Origin: Amycolatopsis sp.
Lineage (GTDB): Bacteria; Actinomycetota; Actinomycetes; Mycobacteriales; Pseudonocardiaceae
Length of the DNA stretch: 64,000 nt
Assembly: GCF_036008905.1 (NCBI RefSeq)
Contig: NZ_DASYMU010000010.1
Location: 301-64,300 of the forward strand
Direction of reading: 5' to 3'
The position numbers were made by a program, and so were the translations under genes. Of this stretch, positions 27,061 to 36,082 are shown one piece after another. The notes under the pieces are model-generated. The model was given only the letters and a program-made list of their open reading frames with translations. It did not search any database and was not told the DNA's origin. How positions within the stretch are numbered: the stretch's first letter is position 1; every line of letters starts with the position of its first letter.

Positions 27061-27086
27061 TTAAATGAGCGTGGAACCTAGTACTC

Positions 27087-28520
27087 ATGACGACTCAGAC
27101 AGCGGCACCCACCCTCGCCGCGCCGCAGTCAGTCAGGCCGGGGCTTACCCCTGCCGGCCTGGTGACCGTGCTGCTGGGGGCAGCACTTCCCCTGATCGAC
27201 TTCTTCATCGTCAACGTCGCGCTGCCGACGATCGATGCCGACTTCAACGCCTCGACGCCCACCCTCGAACTCGTGGTGGCCGCCTACGGCATCACCTACG
27301 CCGTCCTGCTCGTCGTCGGCGGACGGCTCGGCGACGCCTTCGGGCGCCGCAAGCTCTTCATCGCCGGGCTCACGGCGTTCACGATCACTTCGCTGGTCTG
27401 CGGCATCGCGCCGACCGCGGAAATGCTGGTGGTCGCCAGGGCCGCCCAGGGCGCGTCGGCCGCGCTGATGCTGCCGCAGGTCCTCTCCATCATCCAGGCC
27501 ACGACCAGCGGCGAACAGCGCTCGAAGGCGCTGGGCATGTACGGCGCGACCGCCGGGATCTCCATGTTCATCGGCCAGTTGCTGGGCGGCGTGCTCGTCG
27601 CGGCGGACATCGCCGGGACCGGCTGGCGGCCGATCTTCCTGATCAACGTGCCGATCGGCCTGCTGGGCCTGTTCCTCGCGAAGAGGACCCTGCCGGAGAC
27701 GCGCTCCGCGAACCCGCTCGGCGTCGACCACCTCGGCACGACGTTGCTCGGCATCTCACTGCTGTCGCTGCTCATCCCGCTGATGGAAGGCAGTGCCCTC
27801 GGCTGGCCCACCTGGACGATCGTGCTGCTCGCGCTCTTCCCCTTCGCCTTCGCCGGGTTCGTTCACGTCGAGCGGCGACTCGAACGGGCCGGTGGTGTGC
27901 CACTGCTGCCGCCGTCGATCCTGAAGATGCCGAGCATCCGCCGCGGCCTCGGCGTCGGCGCGCCGTTCTTCACCGGCTTCGGCGGCTTCATGTTCGTCGT
28001 CGCGATGACCCTGCAGGACGGCCTGCACCTCGGCCCCCTCGCCTCCGGCGCCGCGCTGACGCCGATGGCCGTCGGCTTCCTGGCAACGTCGTTGATCAGC
28101 AGCCGCCTGGTGACCAGGTTCGGTCAGCGGGTGGTGTCGTTCGGACTGTTCACGCAGGTGGTGGGGTTGCTGGTGATGCTTTTGTCGATCCGGCTGGCCT
28201 GGCCGGACCTGAACGTCCTCGACCTCGCGCCCGGGATGCTGATCTGCGGTATCGGTCAGGGAATGGCGATGACCACGCTGTTCCGGGTGGTGCTCTCGAA
28301 GGTGCCGACCGAGCTCGCGGGCGTCGGGAGTGGTGTCTTGACCACCACTCAGCAGACGTTCCTGGCGCTCGGCGTCGCCACCCTCGGAAGCCTTTTCGGC
28401 TCCCTGAGCGCGCCGGACTCGCTGGGTATCGAAGGCGCCTTTGTCCTCGTGATCGGCATCCAAGCAGTGCTCTCGCTCGGCGTCGCCCTCCTCGCCCGCA
28501 CCCTCCCCGACCCGCGCTAA
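27087..28520 (+). CDS. MFS drug:H+ antiporter (DHA2/EmrB-like)
   Basis: GGRLGDAFGRRK motif A, WRPIFLINVPIG, about 14 TMs. Confidence 0.92.
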   Translation: MTTQTAAPTLAAPQSVRPGLTPAGLVTVLLGAALPLIDFFIVNVALPTIDADFNASTPTLELVVAAYGITYAVLLVVGGRLGDAFGRRKLFIAGLTAFTITSLVCGIAPTAEMLVVARAAQGASAALMLPQVLSIIQATTSGEQRSKALGMYGATAGISMFIGQLLGGVLVAADIAGTGWRPIFLINVPIGLLGLFLAKRTLPETRSANPLGVDHLGTTLLGISLLSLLIPLMEGSALGWPTWTIVLLALFPFAFAGFVHVERRLERAGGVPLLPPSILKMPSIRRGLGVGAPFFTGFGGFMFVVAMTLQDGLHLGPLASGAALTPMAVGFLATSLISSRLVTRFGQRVVSFGLFTQVVGLLVMLLSIRLAWPDLNVLDLAPGMLICGIGQGMAMTTLFRVVLSKVPTELAGVGSGVLTTTQQTFLALGVATLGSLFGSLSAPDSLGIEGAFVLVIGIQAVLSLGVALLARTLPDPR

Positions 28521-28532
28521 CGGTCCGTGAAG

Positions 28533-28571
28533 GCCTTCACGACCAGTCGCGCAGCGAGTGGTCGTGAAGGC
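28533..28571. terminator. Inverted repeat after the MFS gene
   Basis: GCCTTCACGACCA / TGGTCGTGAAGGC, 13-bp perfect stem. Confidence 0.6.
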
Positions 28572-28637
28572 GAGTGGTCCGGAAAATTATCTGGGGTTGT
28601 CCGTCGGAAAAGGGGGTCGCCGGACGACGATGAGGGT

Positions 28638-29153
28638 GTGAGCGAACCTCGGGTGCGGCCGGACCCGGCCTTCGCGGTGCTCGACCTGTACGAGTCGGCG
28701 CTTCCGGAGGTCTACGGGTACCTGCTGTCCCGGTGCGGCAATCGCACGCTCGCCGAGGAACTGACGTCCGAGACGTTCCTGGGCGCGGTGAGCGCGTGCC
28801 GGAAGTCGGCAGCGCCGGTGAGCGTCGCGTGGTTGATCGGCGTGGCGCGGCACAAGCTCGCCGACCATTGGCGCCGCCGCGAGCGTGAGGAGCGTGGGTT
28901 GCGGCTGGTGCACGAGTCGGAACCCGAAACCGTCGATCCGTGGGACGGCGAGCTGGACGCGATCCTCGCTCGCGAAGTGCTCGGGTCGCTCGGCGCGCAT
29001 CACCAGGCGGCACTGACCTTGCGTTACGTCGACGGGCTCGGCGTGCCCGAGGTCGCCGCGCATCTCGACCGGACCGTGCACGCCACCGAAGCGTTGCTGG
29101 TGCGCGCTCGCGCCGCTTTCCGGAAGGCCTACCAGGAGAAGGGGGAGCAATGA
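28638..29153 (+). CDS. ECF sigma factor
   Basis: AEELTSETF, WLIGVARHKLADHWRR, sigma4 ALTLRYVDGL...EVAAHL...TEALLVRAR. Confidence 0.9.
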   Translation: MSEPRVRPDPAFAVLDLYESALPEVYGYLLSRCGNRTLAEELTSETFLGAVSACRKSAAPVSVAWLIGVARHKLADHWRRREREERGLRLVHESEPETVDPWDGELDAILAREVLGSLGAHHQAALTLRYVDGLGVPEVAAHLDRTVHATEALLVRARAAFRKAYQEKGEQ

Positions 29154-30028
29154 CTGATCCGTTCGACGCCCTCCGCCGGCCTGGGGAAGCCGTCCGCCCC
29201 GACCCCGATTTCGCCGCCGAGCTGCGCGACAACCTGCGCCGCTTGGTACTGAACGGAGACCAGATGACCACCACCGAAGCAGTCCAAGCCCAAACCCGTT
29301 CCCTGACGCCGTACCTCGCCGTGTCCGACGCCCGCGCGGCGCTCGACTTCTACGTCGACGTGTTCGGCGCGACCCGCCGCGGCGAGCCGATCGTGATGCC
29401 GGACGGCAAGGTCGGGCACGCCGAGCTGGCCATCGGTGACACCGTGTTGATGCTCGCCGAGGAACACCCCGAGATCGGCCATGTCGCCGCGACCAACGGC
29501 GGCGCGTCGATCCGCGTCGAAGTGTCCGATGTGGACGGTTCGATGGCGCGGGCTGTCGAGCGCGGGGCCACGGTCATCCGAGAGGTGACCGAGTCTTCGT
29601 ACGGGCGCGGCGGCTCGTTCCGCGATCCGTTCGGACAGCGCTGGCTGGTGGCACAGGCCGCTCCGCGCGCGGGCACCGACACTGTGCGGCACGGCCAGGC
29701 CGGGTACTTCACGTTCCAGGTGCCCGCGGCCGAACCCGCGAAGGCGTTCTACGGTGCCGTGCTCGGCTGGCAGTTCTCGCCGGGCCGCGTTGAGGGCGCC
29801 TGGGGCGTCGAGGGCAACGGCCTGCAGGGTGGGCTCTGGGGCGGTCCGGGCCGCCAGATCGGGTGGAAACTGATGTACGCCGTCGACGACCTGACCTCGG
29901 CGTTGGAGCGGGTCCGCGCGCAAGGTGGCCAGGCCGGCGAGGTGGAGCACGAGTCGTACGGGATGACAGCGGATTGTGTTGATAATCAAGGCATCGAGTT
30001 CTGGCTGTGGGAGCAAATCGGGGAGTGA
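29150..30028 (+). CDS. Tandem VOC/glyoxalase protein with an N-terminal extension
   Basis: LTPYLAVSDARAALDFY, GKVGHAEL, FRDPFGQRW; second VOC AKAFYGAVLGW, DNQGIEF; ATGA coupling to the ECF gene. Confidence 0.88.
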   Translation: MTDPFDALRRPGEAVRPDPDFAAELRDNLRRLVLNGDQMTTTEAVQAQTRSLTPYLAVSDARAALDFYVDVFGATRRGEPIVMPDGKVGHAELAIGDTVLMLAEEHPEIGHVAATNGGASIRVEVSDVDGSMARAVERGATVIREVTESSYGRGGSFRDPFGQRWLVAQAAPRAGTDTVRHGQAGYFTFQVPAAEPAKAFYGAVLGWQFSPGRVEGAWGVEGNGLQGGLWGGPGRQIGWKLMYAVDDLTSALERVRAQGGQAGEVEHESYGMTADCVDNQGIEFWLWEQIGE

Positions 30029-30040
30029 CATAGTAGGACG

Positions 30041-30454
30041 ATGGAGTCGTGCTGGACGCCGAGGAGTGACGCCGAACTGACCGCGGGCTGGCGGCTGTGG
30101 CTCGAGCTGAGCACCCAGATCTGGCCGGACGCGACCTGGGACGGCACCCCGGCCGACGCCCTCCGCAGGCTCCGCGAGCTCTTCTCGCTCTGCGACAAGA
30201 TCGAGTCGGACTTCCTCGCGGAGCCGGGCGCCGAGAAGTCGGCCGAGATCGTCGGGCTGTTGCAGTCGATGGTCGTGGCGGCGGCCACGCCGATGGAGCT
30301 GTGGTCGGACGACACCTACCCACTCGACGAGGAACGCACCGCTCTCCTGCACGCCGACCTCGCCTGCTTCGCCGACCACGCGCAGGGTGTCCTACGACTC
30401 CTCGCCGTCGGTGGCGGCTGGACCTCCCTCAACGTCACGACCCCGCCACGATAA
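30041..30454 (+). CDS. Hypothetical protein
   Basis: ORF of 137 aa with AGGA RBS, co-oriented in the operon. Confidence 0.65.
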   Translation: MESCWTPRSDAELTAGWRLWLELSTQIWPDATWDGTPADALRRLRELFSLCDKIESDFLAEPGAEKSAEIVGLLQSMVVAAATPMELWSDDTYPLDEERTALLHADLACFADHAQGVLRLLAVGGGWTSLNVTTPPR

Positions 30455-30495
30455 ATCGGTTGCCTGGGCCCGGCGGCCCGCCGCATGGTGGTGCG

Positions 30496-31371
30496 ATGGG
30501 GATCGCAGAGACATGGGAGACGGACGGGTTCGTCGTTCTTCCCGGCTATTTGTCCGCCGAAGAACTGGCTCCGGCCCAGGCCGAACTGGGGAAGATGTTC
30601 CCTTCGGCCGAAGGCTTCCATGACGGCAGCGACCCACGTCGTGCGCGTTTTCTCGACGACGAGTTCAACGGCATCGACGGATTTCCTTTCGCCAGCACGG
30701 AACTGAGCCTGCTGGCCGTGCATCCCAAGATCGTCGGGTTGGCCGAGACCCTGCTCGGCGAAGACCTGCGCATCTACTCGGCCGAGTCGTGGGCGAAGTA
30801 CACCGGCGCCGCCGACTACGACCAGGACCTGCACCGCGACTATCTCAACCACACGATCGTGGTGCCCAGCAGCACGTTCCGGCAGGTGGAGATGTTCGTC
30901 TACCTGGTCGACGTGCCGGAAGCGCTCGGCCCGCCGCATCTGGTTCCCGCCACCCAGTTGCCCGCCACGCCTAACTGGTTCCCGCGCTTCGGCGACAGCG
31001 AGAGCGATTTCGTCGCCAACGGAGACAACTCGGCGCTGTACGACGCCGAGGTCTCGGCCGCCGGGCCCGCGGGAACGGTCGTCGCTTTTGGGCTCGACAC
31101 GTTCCATCGCGGCACCGCGATGGCTCAACCGGGTGGCGCGAGGTACACCATGCACCTCAACTACCGACCCGCCGCGGCCGAGTGGGCGCAGCGCCACGCG
31201 TGGGCCGAGCGCAGCCACGAACCGGCCTGGTACCGATTCGTCGGGCGGGCGACTCCGCATCAGCTGGCCTTGTTCGGTTTCCCGCCGCCCGGACATTCGT
31301 TCTGGACGCCCGAAGCCCTCGCCGGAACAGCGCTGCGCTACCCGGAGCTCGACCTCTCGCCCTGGGCCTAG
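30496..31371 (+). CDS. Phytanoyl-CoA dioxygenase (PhyH)-family Fe/2OG oxygenase
   Basis: WETDGFVVLPG start, LHRD (HxD), GPAGTVVAF..DTFHRG (distal His). Confidence 0.85.
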   Translation: MGIAETWETDGFVVLPGYLSAEELAPAQAELGKMFPSAEGFHDGSDPRRARFLDDEFNGIDGFPFASTELSLLAVHPKIVGLAETLLGEDLRIYSAESWAKYTGAADYDQDLHRDYLNHTIVVPSSTFRQVEMFVYLVDVPEALGPPHLVPATQLPATPNWFPRFGDSESDFVANGDNSALYDAEVSAAGPAGTVVAFGLDTFHRGTAMAQPGGARYTMHLNYRPAAAEWAQRHAWAERSHEPAWYRFVGRATPHQLALFGFPPPGHSFWTPEALAGTALRYPELDLSPWA

Positions 31372-31373
31372 GT

Positions 31374-31446
31374 CGTGTCTGGTAAATCTGTTCGATGGGC
31401 TTCGTGATCCAGGTGGTTAGACCGCGAACTTGATTTGCCAGACACG
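31374..31446. mobile_element. MITE-like element with 15-bp terminal inverted repeats
   Basis: CGTGTCTGGTAAATC (31374-31388) and GATTTGCCAGACACG (31432-31446), 14/15 complementary, enclosing 43 bp with no coding capacity. Confidence 0.45.
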
Positions 31447-31455
31447 GCAATACAC

Positions 31456-33237
31456 CTAGCGGCCGACGGCGTAGCCCTGCATGCCCCGGGGGTTCGCGGC
31501 GGCGCGCAGGATGCCGGTCGCCGGGTCGCGCGAAACGGCCGAAAGCCGGCCAAGCGCCCACTCGCCCGCATCGACGACGCTGTGCCCACGCTCGCCCAGT
31601 TCGTCCATTGTGGACTTCCCCAAGCGCGACTCGACGACGAGTTCGCGTGGCGTCCAGGAGCGCGGGTAGAACGAGCTCGGGAACGCGGTGGTGTGCCAGT
31701 TGGGCGCGTCGATCGACTCCTGCAGGTTCAGCCCGGCGAGGGTGTGCGCGAGCCAGAAGCACAGCTGCCACTGGTCCTGCTGGTCACCACCGGGCGTGCC
31801 GAAGGCGATCGTCGGCTCGCCGCCACGCAGGGCCATCGACGGCGAAAGCGTGATGCGGGGCCGTTTTCCGGGCGCCAGCGAGTTCGGGAGGCCCTGTTCG
31901 AGCCAGAACATCTGCCCGCGCGAGTCGAGGCAGAAGCCCAGCTCGGGGATGGTCGGGCTGGACTGCAGCCAGCCGCCGGACGGCGTCGCCGAGATCATGT
32001 TGCCCGCCGCGTCGACGACGTCGATGTGCACGGTGTCGCCGCGGGTTTCACCGGTCGGGCCGACGGTCGGTTCGCCGGTGGCGCCGGAGCCCGCTTGGAG
32101 TCCGCGGAGGCGTTCGAGGATCGCGGGCAGTTTCGGCGCGACGCCGCCGGGCGAGCCAGGGCGGAGTTCGGCGCTGGCTTCGTCAGTGATCAGCGCGCGG
32201 CGCTGGGCGGTGTACTCGGCCGAGAGCAGGGCGTCCATCGGGACGTCGGAGTCGCCGTACCAAGCTTCGCGGTCGGCGAAGGCGAGCTTCGCGCACTCGG
32301 TGGCGAGGTGGACGGTGCGAGCCGTCGGCAGTCCGTCTACATAGGACAGTTCGTCGCGGAAACCGTCCAGCAGCAACAACTGCTGAGTCAGCGCGGGGCC
32401 TTGTGTCCACGGGCCGAGCTTGACGACACTCCAGTCACCGAGGTCGGTGATCAGCGCGTCCTCGTAGGTCGCTTCCCAGTTCGCCATGTCCTGGCCGGTG
32501 ATCAGGCCCGCGTGGTCACGCCCGGAGTCGTCGCGGAACGCCTGCTTGGAGAAAGTGTCGACATATTCCGCGACGAAACCGTGCGACCAGGCGCGGCGGG
32601 CGGCGTCGATCTGGGCTTCGCGGCCGGTGACGGCTTCGGCCTCGGACAGCAGCCGCTCCCAGGTCCCGGCGAGGGTCGGGTTGCGGTGCAACGTGCCGGG
32701 GGCGGGCGGCTTGCCGTCGACGAGCCAGAGGTCGGCCGACGACTTCCAGTGGTTCTTGAACAGTTCCGACACCGTCTCGATGGTCGCCGAGACGCGGTCG
32801 ACCAGTGGAACGCCGTGCTGCGCATAGGAAATCGCGTACTTGAGGACGTCACGCAGACTCTTGGTGCCGTGGTCGCGCAGCAGCAGAAGCCAGCCGTCCC
32901 ACGCGCCGGGGACCGTTCCCGGGAGCAGCCCGCTGCCCGGGATGAGGTCGAGCCCCAGGTCGGCGAAGTGTTCGGGCGTCGCCGCGGCGGGCGAGACGCC
33001 CTGGCCCGCGAGGACCCGCGGCGTGCGGTCGGTGGCCGTCACGAAGATCGCCGGGACCTGCCCGGCGGGGCCGTTCAGATGCGGTTCGGCGACTTGGAGG
33101 ACAAAACCGGCGGCCACCGCCGCGTCGAAGGCGTTGCCGCCGTTTTCGAGCACCGCCATACCGGTGGCCGAAGCCAGCCAATGCGTCGACGCCACCATGC
33201 CATGGGTTCCGGATAGCTCCGGCCGGGTCGTGAACAC
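31456..33237 (-). CDS. ggt: Gamma-glutamyltransferase family protein
   Basis: GMVAS, GGNAFDAAVA, DTVHIDVVD (catalytic Thr at the cleavage site), PGKRPRITLSP, GTPGGD. Confidence 0.92.
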   Translation of the reverse strand: MFTTRPELSGTHGMVASTHWLASATGMAVLENGGNAFDAAVAAGFVLQVAEPHLNGPAGQVPAIFVTATDRTPRVLAGQGVSPAAATPEHFADLGLDLIPGSGLLPGTVPGAWDGWLLLLRDHGTKSLRDVLKYAISYAQHGVPLVDRVSATIETVSELFKNHWKSSADLWLVDGKPPAPGTLHRNPTLAGTWERLLSEAEAVTGREAQIDAARRAWSHGFVAEYVDTFSKQAFRDDSGRDHAGLITGQDMANWEATYEDALITDLGDWSVVKLGPWTQGPALTQQLLLLDGFRDELSYVDGLPTARTVHLATECAKLAFADREAWYGDSDVPMDALLSAEYTAQRRALITDEASAELRPGSPGGVAPKLPAILERLRGLQAGSGATGEPTVGPTGETRGDTVHIDVVDAAGNMISATPSGGWLQSSPTIPELGFCLDSRGQMFWLEQGLPNSLAPGKRPRITLSPSMALRGGEPTIAFGTPGGDQQDQWQLCFWLAHTLAGLNLQESIDAPNWHTTAFPSSFYPRSWTPRELVVESRLGKSTMDELGERGHSVVDAGEWALGRLSAVSRDPATGILRAAANPRGMQGYAVGR

Positions 33238-33246
33238 CCGGCGATA

Positions 33247-34554
33247 CTACGCGTTGCTAACGACTTTTGAGTAGGCCTTCGGTCGGCCGATGCCCTGCCA
33301 GGAGAGTCCGACACCCAGGATGAGCTGCGGATCCAGCAGATTCCGGGTGTCCACAACTGTGTCCCCGACCATCATCTCGGCCATGTACGACCAGTCGAGC
33401 CGCTTGAACTCGTCCCACTCCGTCAGCACGACGACGGCGTCCGCACCCTTGGCCACCTGGTAGGCGTCGTCGACCACGGTCATGCCCGCGATCTCGCCGC
33501 CGACAGCCGGGTCGTACGCCGTGAGCTCGGCGCCCAGCGCGCCCAGCACCGAGGCCACCGCGAGCGCCGGCGAGTCGCGCAGGTCGTTCGTCCCGGCCTT
33601 GAACGCCAGCCCCAGCAGCCCGATCCGCGCCCCGGCGAGCCTGCCGCCGACAGCGCCCGCGATCTTCGCGACGATCCGGTCCCGCTGCGCGAGGTTCTCG
33701 TCGATCGCGGCGCCGAGCATGCCGAAGTCGAACTTCACCGACTCCGCGATCCGCAGCAGCGCGTGCGTGTCCTTCGGCAGGCACGACCCTCCCCAGCCCG
33801 GCCCCGGCTTCAGGAACGAGCGGCCGATGCGACGGTCGTGGCCCATGCCTTCGGTGACCTTGTCGATGTCCGCGTCGAGCCGTTCGCACAGCTCCGCGAT
33901 CGAGTTGACGTACGAAAGCTTCATCGCGAGGAAGCAGTTCGCCGCGTACTTCACCAGCTCCGCGCTCGCCGCGTCGGAGACGACCGTCGGCGCCGCGAGG
34001 TCGGCGTACAGCTCGCCCACCCAGCGCGCCGCGCCCTCGTCGTCCGAGCCGACGACGATCCGGTCCGGGCCGAGGAAGTCGGCGACGGCAGTGCCCTCGC
34101 GCAGGAACTCCGGGTTCGACACCACCGGGATGTCCGAGCGGCCGACGAGCTCGCGGATCCGCCGCGAGGTGCCCACCGGCACGGTCGACTTCGTGATCAG
34201 CGCGCAGCGCGGCGGCAGGACGTCGCCGATCTCGGCCGTCACCGCCTCCACCGCGCGCAGGTCCGCCGCGCCAGCGGCACCCATCGGCGTCGGTACACAG
34301 AGGAACACGCCCTCGGCGTCCCGCACGGCTTCTCTGGCCCCGACGACGAACGTGAGCCTGCCGCTGGTCAGCCCACGGCCGACCAATTCGGACAGTCCCG
34401 GTTCGAGAATGTCCACTCGTCCGGCCGCGAGCCGCGCGACCTTCGCCTCGTCGACGTCGACGCAAGTGACCTGATGTCCGAGGCCTGCCAGGCAGGCTCC
34501 CGTGGTCAATCCGACGTATCCGGTCCCCACCACCACGATCCGAGCTGCGGTCAT
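33247..34554 (-). CDS. ugd: UDP-glucose/GDP-mannose 6-dehydrogenase
   Basis: VVGTGYVGL, KSTVPVG, SNPEFLREG, GWGGSCLPKD, GLAFK..DLRDSP. Confidence 0.93.
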   Translation of the reverse strand: MTAARIVVVGTGYVGLTTGACLAGLGHQVTCVDVDEAKVARLAAGRVDILEPGLSELVGRGLTSGRLTFVVGAREAVRDAEGVFLCVPTPMGAAGAADLRAVEAVTAEIGDVLPPRCALITKSTVPVGTSRRIRELVGRSDIPVVSNPEFLREGTAVADFLGPDRIVVGSDDEGAARWVGELYADLAAPTVVSDAASAELVKYAANCFLAMKLSYVNSIAELCERLDADIDKVTEGMGHDRRIGRSFLKPGPGWGGSCLPKDTHALLRIAESVKFDFGMLGAAIDENLAQRDRIVAKIAGAVGGRLAGARIGLLGLAFKAGTNDLRDSPALAVASVLGALGAELTAYDPAVGGEIAGMTVVDDAYQVAKGADAVVVLTEWDEFKRLDWSYMAEMMVGDTVVDTRNLLDPQLILGVGLSWQGIGRPKAYSKVVSNA

Positions 34555-34711
34555 GAGCTGAAGGTGACAGCCCGAGTTGGCCGCAGCACTAACGGAAGCG
34601 GACAGGCCCGAATACTCCTCGCGACGGGTGAGGAGTCTCATTCTCCCGGCGACGCGAACGAGCGTTAACCTAAGGCGAATATTGGCCAGCTCAGGAAGGA
34701 ACCGGAGAACA

Positions 34712-35470
34712 ATGCAGATCACCGACACCGCCGCGCTCGTCACAGGTGGGGCTTCCGGGCTGGGCGGCGCGACCGCCAAGGCACTGGCCGCGAAGGGCGC
34801 GCGGGTTTTCGCGCTCGACCTCGCGGGCTCGATCGAGAAGGCCGAGCAGGTCGACGGCGTCACCTACGTCGAGGCCGACGTGACGAACCCCGACCAGGTC
34901 CAGGCCGCGGTGGACACGGCAGCGGGCTCGGGCGTGCCGCTGCGGACCGTGGTGAACTGCGCCGGCATCGGCCCGGCCGCGCGGATCCTGTCCAAAAAGG
35001 GCAAGCACGACCTGAACCTGTACGCGAAGGTCATCCAGATCAACCTGATCGGCACGTTCAACGTCATGACATTGGCCGCCGAGGCGATCTCCCAGACCGA
35101 CCCGCTCGTCGACGACGCTCGCGGCGTCATCATCAACACGGCGTCCGTCGCCGCTTACGACGGCCAGATCGGGCAGGCCGCATACGCGTCCTCGAAGGGT
35201 GGCGTTGTCGGGCTGACGCTGTCCGCCGCGCGTGACCTGGCGTCCTACGGTATCCGCGTGCTGACCATCGCGCCCGGCATCATCGACACCCCGATGCTCG
35301 CGACCGTCAGCGAGGAGTTCCGCGAGAAGCTCGCCGCCGGCATCCCGTTCCCGAAGCGCCTCGGCCGCCCAGACGAATACGCGCAGCTCGCGCTGAGCCT
35401 CGTCGACCACGACTACCTGAACGGCGAGGTCATCCGCATGGACGGCTCCCTCCGCATGGCCCCGCGCTAG
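34712..35470 (+). CDS. SDR, 3-hydroxyacyl-CoA dehydrogenase type-2-like
   Basis: TGGASGLG, VNCAGIG, YASSKGG, DYLNGEVIRMDG. Confidence 0.93.
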   Translation: MQITDTAALVTGGASGLGGATAKALAAKGARVFALDLAGSIEKAEQVDGVTYVEADVTNPDQVQAAVDTAAGSGVPLRTVVNCAGIGPAARILSKKGKHDLNLYAKVIQINLIGTFNVMTLAAEAISQTDPLVDDARGVIINTASVAAYDGQIGQAAYASSKGGVVGLTLSAARDLASYGIRVLTIAPGIIDTPMLATVSEEFREKLAAGIPFPKRLGRPDEYAQLALSLVDHDYLNGEVIRMDGSLRMAPR

Positions 35471-35474
35471 CCCA

Positions 35475-35506
35475 CTCCGGGGAATGTGTCGACACATTCC
35501 CCGGAG
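35475..35506. repeat. Perfect loopless 32-bp palindrome
   Basis: CTCCGGGGAATGTGTC|GACACATTCCCCGGAG directly after the SDR stop codon. Confidence 0.9.
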
Positions 35507-35548
35507 GTGCGCCAAGGTGGGTAGTCGTCGTCTGGAGGAGGACCTGCC

Positions 35549-36082
35549 TTGGCCAGCTCGCCTTGGGGTGAAGACCCGCTCGAGCTGATCCGGCGGACGG
35601 TCCCCGCGTCGGTCTATATCGACGTCGACATCGACCATTTCGAAGTCGAGCGCGCGTTCATCGGCTTGCTGACGGCGTTCGACCTGGAGATCGCCGAGAC
35701 CTTCCCGCCGATCCGCGGTTCCTGGTTCCGCGCGTTCACCGCACGCGCCAAGAAAGCCGCCACCGCACCGGAATTCACCTCACGGCTGGCCAAGATCGAG
35801 CGCGCGCTGGAGCTGCAGACGATCCACCGCGTCCAGGCCGAGGTCGACTCCGCGCAGGGTGCCGCCGTCGCCAAGCTGATCACCGCGCTAGGCAGCGCGC
35901 CCAACGCGATCATCCAGGTCGGTTCCGTCCTGCTGATCAAGGTCGACGGCGTGCCGGTGGTGCGCAACCTGACACAGGTCGAGCTCACGCATCTCGAACG
36001 CAATCCCGCCCTGTTCCGCGACCCGGCCGCGGCACTGCACGAACTGCAGCAGGTCAACGGGCCCGCGAAACAGGTGAACTAG
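35549..36082 (+). CDS. Hypothetical protein
   Basis: 177 aa, TTG start after GGAGGAGG; shares CTAG with the stop codon of the convergent gene. Confidence 0.7.
   Translation: MASSPWGEDPLELIRRTVPASVYIDVDIDHFEVERAFIGLLTAFDLEIAETFPPIRGSWFRAFTARAKKAATAPEFTSRLAKIERALELQTIHRVQAEVDSAQGAAVAKLITALGSAPNAIIQVGSVLLIKVDGVPVVRNLTQVELTHLERNPALFRDPAAALHELQQVNGPAKQVN

Noticed and set aside
33351-33359. GTGTCCACA DnaA-like box
   Set aside because: Single, mismatched and inside the ugd coding sequence; expected by chance.
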